From: an uncultured Nitrospiraceae bacterium
Lineage (GTDB): Bacteria > Nitrospirota > Nitrospiria > Nitrospirales > Nitrospiraceae
Direction: 5' to 3'
Length of the DNA: 64,000 bases
Assembly: GCA_963730935.1 (NCBI GenBank)
Contig: CAVSTP010000004.1
Coordinates: 32,001 to 96,000 of the forward strand
In this document: positions 58,611 through 64,000 of the stretch, in pieces
Layout: every line of letters starts with the position of its first letter
Position numbering within the stretch: the stretch's first letter is position 1
The notes under the pieces: generated by a model
What the model saw: only the letters and a program-made list of their open reading frames with translations
Databases searched by the model: none
Told to the model about the DNA's origin: nothing
Program-made: the position numbers and the translations under genes

Positions 58611-59936
58611 TTATCGAATGACCTGAATCGCCCGCCATCGTTCCGATCGATAGCGCCACAGCATGAGCGCCATCCGCAACGTCCAGTCAGCGATCATCGC
58701 CAGCCACACATAGAACACTCCAAGGTGCAGCCACACACCGGCGATCAAGGCAATCGGCACACGCACGAGCCACATCCCGATGGTGGTGGCGACCATGATG
58801 AAGTGGGTGTCTCCCGCACCTCGCAGGGATCCTGCCAGCACCATCGTGAGGGCCAAGGGAATTTGGAGGAGTGCAACGATCTTCAAAAAGACCGTGCCCA
58901 ATTCAATCACGGACTCATCACTCGTAAAGGCGCGAAGCAGGACATACGGGAAAAAGAAGAACACAATCCCCATCACCGACATGATGCCGGTCGCAAGGCG
59001 GTTGGCTTCCCAGTTTTCGAGCTTCGCTCGAGTGTACTTGCCGGCGCCAATGCTCTGGCCGACCATCGTGGCGGCGGCGATGGCAAATCCGTACCCGGGC
59101 AGGAACGAGAGGGACTCGATGGACAGTCCAACCTGATGCGCGGCATACGCCACCGTACCGTAGAGCAGGACGATTTTTGTGTACGCAAGGATGCCCGCCT
59201 GTTGCACGATGCGCTCCCCGGATACGGGAGCGCCGACTTGCCAAATGGTGCGAAAGAGATCGAACCGGATGTGCGTTGAGCGATGCAACAGCGGAACGCA
59301 CCGGATAGCCAGGTAGCACATGCCAACAGCCTCCGCGATGCCGACCGCGATGGCCGCACCTTGGACGCCGAGCGCCGGCAGTCCCCAACGGCCATAGATC
59401 AAGGGATAGGCGATGAGAATATGCAGAAGATTCACGACGATCATGGCGTACATCGGGGTTTTTGTGTCACCGGTGCCCTGCAGGATCGACGACATGACTT
59501 GGAGGAGGACCGTGAAGGGAATCACGAGAAAAATGAGCGTCGAATAGGGGAGCGAGAGGGCGATGACGTCAGGTGCCGCGCCCAGGAGTTGCATCGCGAA
59601 GCGATTCAACAGGAGACCGGCCGTCATAAGAAAGAGAGAGACCACGATCGAGAGGCCGAGAAAATGCCGCGCGGCCTGACCGGCGTCATGCTGCCGCCGG
59701 GCTCCCCACAGCTGCGCCACGATCACGTTCGTTCCAACGGAAAGACCTGAGACCAGCGTCGTGGCGATGAAGGCCAGGAGCTGGCCAAGCCCAACGGCCG
59801 CGATCGGAATCGCGCCAAGCCCGCCTACCAGGAACACCGCCACGATCCCTTCCGTGCGCTGCAGCAGGCTGCTCACCGTCACGGGCAGTGCCAGCGCCAT
59901 AACGGAGCGCCGGATTTGGGTGACACCATTCGCCAT
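58611..59936 (-). CDS. MATE-family efflux transporter
   Basis: About 12 TM segments; QGTGDTKTP, LGVQGAAIA, VGQSIGAG, LRGAGDT. Confidence 0.93.
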   Translation of the reverse strand: MANGVTQIRRSVMALALPVTVSSLLQRTEGIVAVFLVGGLGAIPIAAVGLGQLLAFIATTLVSGLSVGTNVIVAQLWGARRQHDAGQAARHFLGLSIVVSLFLMTAGLLLNRFAMQLLGAAPDVIALSLPYSTLIFLVIPFTVLLQVMSSILQGTGDTKTPMYAMIVVNLLHILIAYPLIYGRWGLPALGVQGAAIAVGIAEAVGMCYLAIRCVPLLHRSTHIRFDLFRTIWQVGAPVSGERIVQQAGILAYTKIVLLYGTVAYAAHQVGLSIESLSFLPGYGFAIAAATMVGQSIGAGKYTRAKLENWEANRLATGIMSVMGIVFFFFPYVLLRAFTSDESVIELGTVFLKIVALLQIPLALTMVLAGSLRGAGDTHFIMVATTIGMWLVRVPIALIAGVWLHLGVFYVWLAMIADWTLRMALMLWRYRSERWRAIQVIR

Positions 59937-60010
59937 CGAATCCCATCCTAACAGAAGCCGCACCGACCGGCCTGGACAAATGATGTCACCATCGATTAGG
60001 GTCTGCCGAC

Positions 60011-61531
60011 ATGACGACGTCGGATACCGAAGACCACTTGCGTCCGGTCATTCCTCGCTTGTCGAAGTCCAAGTTCCTTTCCGGATTGCAGTGCCACAAA
60101 CGCCTCTACCTCGAAATTAGGCAGCCTGAACTGGCTGAGCCTCCCGATCCTTCGACACAAGCCATGTTCGCGATGGGTACGGAAATCGGGATGCTGGCCC
60201 AGCGGCGGTTCCCAGGAGGTGTGCTGGTGGCACCCACCATGCGTCCGCGGGACGCGGCGGTGGCGCTTACCGCGAAGTTGCTTCAAGATCCTGACGTGCC
60301 CGCCATTTTCGAGGGCGCGTTTGAGTACGAGGGCGTGTTCGTTCGCGTCGATATTCTCGAGCGAGTTCGCGCTGCCGAGGAGAATCGTTCCGCCTGGCGC
60401 CTCATCGAGGTGAAATCGTCGGCAAGAGTCAAAGATGTCCATCTGCATGATCTCGCGATCCAGCGCCATGTGCTGATCGGCGCGGGGATTGACCTTGCGG
60501 GTACCTGCCTCATGCACATCGATACCGGCTATTTCTATGAGGGAGGTGAGGTTGATCTGGAGGCGCTTTTCGCGCTTGAGGACGTCTCCACCGTTGTTGC
60601 GGAACGTCAGGGTAAGGTGCCGGAGCAACTGGAGACGATGAAATCAATCTTGCTTGAGTCCAGACCCCCGGCGATCGAGCCGGATGCTCGCTGCCACAGC
60701 CCCTATGAGTGCCCCTTCTGGACCCACTGTACGAGGGAAAAACCCCTGCGCTGGATCTACTACCTACCCGGTCCGAAGAAAGTGGTGCAGCAACTGGCCC
60801 AGGAGGGCATTACGACCATCGATGACATTCCGGACGCCGCAACTTTGTCGATCACACAGCGGCGGGTGAAGGACAATGTCGAATGGGCATCGGCTGATCT
60901 CGCGAGCGTCCTGCAATCGGTCGAGTATCCGGTCCACCATCTGGATTTTGAAACGGTGATGCTGGCCGTCCCGAGGTTTCCGAGGATGACGCCCTATCAA
61001 TCGATACCGGTGCAGTGGTCCAACCACATTGAGCTTTCCTCAGGTGAGATCGTCCACCATGAGTTCCTTCACGGCGAAGCGACCGAGCCCCGCAGGCAGT
61101 GGGCCGAACGGTTGCTCGAATCGCTCGGAGAGCAGGGTACGATCGTCGTGTACTCGTCGTATGAAGAGGCGATGATGAGGCAAGTGGCCGAGGCGTTTCC
61201 GGAGCTGCGCACAGCGTTTTCGTCCGTCATCAAACGCCTCTGGGACCTCTATCCCGTCATCAAGGAGCATTACTATCATCCGGCCTTTCAAGGGTCCTAT
61301 TCGATCAAGTCGGTGTTGCCGGTCATGGTGCCGGAATTGAGCTACCGCGATCTGTTGATTCAGGAAGGCGCACAGGCGGCCAGCGAGTACTACCGCATGG
61401 TGTTCATTGAAGAGGACTGGATCGAGCAGGCCAGGATCAAGGATGCGCTTCTCCAATACTGTGCAAGGGATACGATGGCCATGGTGAGGTTACGCCGCGC
61501 GCTCAAGGAGAAGGCCGCCGCTTCTCTGTGA
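60011..61531 (+). CDS. DUF2779-type protein (PD-(D/E)xK nuclease-like N-terminus plus RNase H-like C-terminus)
   Basis: LSKSKF..GLQC.K, RVDIL, IEVKSS, DLAIQ, C...YEC.F...C, LDFET, SYSIK.VLP, YC.RDT. Confidence 0.8.
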   Translation: MTTSDTEDHLRPVIPRLSKSKFLSGLQCHKRLYLEIRQPELAEPPDPSTQAMFAMGTEIGMLAQRRFPGGVLVAPTMRPRDAAVALTAKLLQDPDVPAIFEGAFEYEGVFVRVDILERVRAAEENRSAWRLIEVKSSARVKDVHLHDLAIQRHVLIGAGIDLAGTCLMHIDTGYFYEGGEVDLEALFALEDVSTVVAERQGKVPEQLETMKSILLESRPPAIEPDARCHSPYECPFWTHCTREKPLRWIYYLPGPKKVVQQLAQEGITTIDDIPDAATLSITQRRVKDNVEWASADLASVLQSVEYPVHHLDFETVMLAVPRFPRMTPYQSIPVQWSNHIELSSGEIVHHEFLHGEATEPRRQWAERLLESLGEQGTIVVYSSYEEAMMRQVAEAFPELRTAFSSVIKRLWDLYPVIKEHYYHPAFQGSYSIKSVLPVMVPELSYRDLLIQEGAQAASEYYRMVFIEEDWIEQARIKDALLQYCARDTMAMVRLRRALKEKAAASL

Positions 61532-61607
61532 TGACAAGCCTCTCCCGGATGGATTTATCCCGTCGCCAAGAGCCATAGTGAGGGCTCCGGGTCGAGCGAG
61601 CTCGGTT

Positions 61608-61697
<90 letters not shown>

Positions 61698-61720
61698 GAC
61701 CGCCGAAAGGTTTTGCATAA

Positions 61721-62824
61721 TCACATAGTTACCTGACGTTCCGCAAGTTGAACCACGTTGTCGGAAATGCTCGTGTTGTGAATAGCGTTGTGAAATGATT
61801 CGGCGATTTTCTCAATCGCCTTCGACTTGTGATGTGGACTGAGATGCGCATACCGCTGCACCAGGGACAAGTCTGACCAGCCTCCGTATTGCTGCACCGT
61901 CACCAGGTCCACTCCCGCCATCACCAAGTTGCTGGCGAAGGTGTGCCGCAACGTGTGCAGTGACACCCCCGTGCCTGAGAGTCCGGCAGCCTTCATGGCC
62001 GCTGCAAACGGCTTCTCCATGGATTTGTACGGCTCGCCGTTCGGCTTGCTGAACACATAGTCGCTTCGACTCTTCCCCTTCAGATACCTGAAAGCCTCTT
62101 TGGCTCGACTATTGAGCGGAATGTTTCTCGTCTGGCCATTCTTGCTGTAGGCGGCTTGCACGCTCAGAATGCCGTGCGAGAGATCCACATCCGACCATTT
62201 TAGTGTGAGCGCCTCCGCAGCGATCCGAATACCGGTATTGGTTCCAATGATAATGAGACTATGAAGCGGTTCAGCGGAGACTTCGATCAGTTTCGCCTCT
62301 TCACTGGCTTCGAGATAGCGAAGTCGCCGTTTGGGCTCTTCCATCATCTTCACCCCGAGAACAGGATTGTCCCCCTCGTAAAGGTGCCAGGCCTTCGCTT
62401 TGTTGAAGAGATTTTTTAAGACCGCGATTTCTCGATTAGCAACGACACGCGCACCTTCTTCGGCTCGGCCTCTCTTATGGCGTTCGATATCGAATGAGGA
62501 AATTTTGCCGAGCATTTTCCCGCTAAACGACTTTGCCAACTGGTCAAGCTGTTGCCGATAGACACGCACGGTTCGGGGTCTCTTGTTGGTGATCGCCCAA
62601 TCGAGGAAGTGCTGCTTGGCTTTCTCAAAGACAATGTCTTTGCGCTTCCTCCCAATTCCAGCTTCACCCTTGAGAATGGCAGCCCGTTTCACGCTCGCAA
62701 TCTCGGCAGCGGTCGAACGGTTGATTTTCTTGCCTAGCTTGACGACGTGTCGCGTTCCATCAATCCGGCAATCGAGATACCAAGTGTTTCCTCTCTGATA
62801 GAGCCCATCACCCCGTCGTGCCAT
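61721..62824 (-). CDS. Tyrosine recombinase / phage-type integrase
   Basis: N-terminal arm-binding-like segment; TGIR, K, HTLRHTFAS, GW, RYAH; AGGAGG RBS. Confidence 0.95.
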   Translation of the reverse strand: MARRGDGLYQRGNTWYLDCRIDGTRHVVKLGKKINRSTAAEIASVKRAAILKGEAGIGRKRKDIVFEKAKQHFLDWAITNKRPRTVRVYRQQLDQLAKSFSGKMLGKISSFDIERHKRGRAEEGARVVANREIAVLKNLFNKAKAWHLYEGDNPVLGVKMMEEPKRRLRYLEASEEAKLIEVSAEPLHSLIIIGTNTGIRIAAEALTLKWSDVDLSHGILSVQAAYSKNGQTRNIPLNSRAKEAFRYLKGKSRSDYVFSKPNGEPYKSMEKPFAAAMKAAGLSGTGVSLHTLRHTFASNLVMAGVDLVTVQQYGGWSDLSLVQRYAHLSPHHKSKAIEKIAESFHNAIHNTSISDNVVQLAERQVTM

Positions 62825-62878
62825 GTTCAGCCCTCCTTTTTTGGTGCCTCCATCTCGCTTCAGCTTTATGAGGTTACT

Positions 62879-63082
62879 TCATCGTTCATAGCCCTGGAGT
62901 TGATAATGCTCAATGCAACGCTCACGTTCTCCTGCGGCAGTCTCTGGGGACATGCCGCGATTAGGGCCGCACTGCGCTGTCTTGCCTGTTTGAGGATGCC
63001 GAAGACGCACGGTATCGGACGTGCAACCCGTGATCAATGCCAATCCCAATGTCATAACCAAAAGAACGGTCATGGTGATCAT
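62879..63082 (-). CDS. Small lipoprotein
   Basis: AAGGAGG RBS; LALITGC lipobox; two further Cys. Confidence 0.75.
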   Translation of the reverse strand: MITMTVLLVMTLGLALITGCTSDTVRLRHPQTGKTAQCGPNRGMSPETAAGERERCIEHYQLQGYER

Positions 63083-63302
63083 CAGTTATCCTCCTTCTTT
63101 CCTCTTCCTAGTTGACGGTAGATGGCGGCGATCATCGTTCACCCTCCTGTCAGAATCGTTCTCCGTTCCACGTTGCACACCTCAGCGTTCACTGATGTGC
63201 AAAAAGAGTTTGGCTTAACTCCTTTCCTCGACCGAACACTCCAAAATATTGGGGAAACCACGCTGCTCCTGGCGGCATTGCATCTGCATGTTCCCGAGAG
63301 TC

Positions 63303-63635
63303 ATGGTCGAGCGCAGCCATCAGCGATTTCCCGTCTCCCTGTCGGGAGCCTTCTTTCCCTATGATGACGAATGGGGGGCGGATGCCATCCGATCGGTGGA
63401 TCTTTCCCGAAATGGTTGTCGGATTGAAAACACGGTTCAGGTCGTTCCAGGCATGAATATCGCTCTCTTTCTGTTCCCTCCTGGAGAGGACCTTCCCATC
63501 GTCATTCATGACGCCAAGGTTCGGTGGTCTGGGGCTGAAGGCATCGGGATCGAATTTCACACTGTCGCCGACCACTATCGACACCGCCTAGATCTCCTGA
63601 TCAATCAACTGAAGAACCGCACTAGCAGTTGTTAG
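63303..63635 (+). CDS. PilZ-domain protein
   Basis: RSHQR (RxxxR), DLSRNG, VRW, GIEF. Confidence 0.85.
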   Translation: MVERSHQRFPVSLSGAFFPYDDEWGADAIRSVDLSRNGCRIENTVQVVPGMNIALFLFPPGEDLPIVIHDAKVRWSGAEGIGIEFHTVADHYRHRLDLLINQLKNRTSSC

Positions 63636-63690
63636 CCGCTGCTCACCATCCGACCTTCGTGCTCTTGCGGGCATGTAGCGGCAATCATGA

Positions 63691-63987
63691 TTATTCTCCT
63701 ACCACTCGAACGCAGCGCGTACCAAATAACAAGAACACCTTTTCATTCAACTCAACGCGACGAATCTTGGTGATTTGCTGGTGGTTTTTAAAGTTGGCGA
63801 AGCCATTGTCTGGCCCTCCTTTTGCCATAGCTTGTTCTACGCTTGCAGTACCATATCCAAAGACAAAGATGATCACGGCGCAGTCTTCGCCATAGAGTAC
63901 TTCTTTCACCGAAGTATCTTCAGGCTGCTGGCGGGTCGTGATGTTTATGCACCCCGTCATGAGAGCCAGAGCGCACAACAGCATCAT
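63691..63987 (-). CDS. Small lipoprotein; start may lie beyond the window edge
   Basis: LALMTGC lipobox; GEDC...FGYGTASVEQA...C.RV.GE pattern. Confidence 0.7.
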   Translation of the reverse strand: MMLLCALALMTGCINITTRQQPEDTSVKEVLYGEDCAVIIFVFGYGTASVEQAMAKGGPDNGFANFKNHQQITKIRRVELNEKVFLLFGTRCVRVVGE

Positions 63988-64000
63988 CGGCTTGGCATCC

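Larger units (their letters stand above)
61698..64000. mobile_element. End of a putative integrative element / genomic island extending beyond the window
   Basis: Integrase abutting a tRNA, followed by small accessory genes; second att site not in window. Confidence 0.65.

Overview
Bacterial chromosomal segment, most likely from Nitrospira (Nitrospirota). This is inferred from gene content and order and from a dispersed palindromic repeat, not from a marker gene. Bases 1-12 kb hold an accessory minus-strand gene run: an alpha-dioxygenase-like heme peroxidase, a RoxA-like di-heme cytochrome c, a Tat-exported GMC oxidoreductase, a lipoprotein, a Cys-rich secreted protein and a filamentous-haemagglutinin-family exoprotein. 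It is broken by about 10 small indels that may be consensus errors. Bases 12-28 kb hold signalling genes, a metallophosphoesterase, an unannotated 28-aa membrane ORF with a structured trailer, a polyphosphate-type cluster (ppx, two Tmk-like kinases, sixA), hypothetical genes, a structured 570-nt intergenic element and chdC/hemQ. Bases 28-61.5 kb are mostly housekeeping: cinA, thpR, recA, recX, alaS, yqgF, mltG, deoC, a degenerate deoB, RidA family, IPT/TIG and YCF48-like proteins, rsmE, dnaJ, dnaK, grpE, coaX, birA, nadC, valS, a RomR-like regulator, cobB, a panE fusion, MATE and DUF2779. From 61.6 kb to the end there is tRNA-Ser(CGA) with a tyrosine integrase abutting its 5' end, marking the edge of an integrative element. 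No rRNA or CRISPR array is seen. All calls come from motif recognition by eye; no searches were run.
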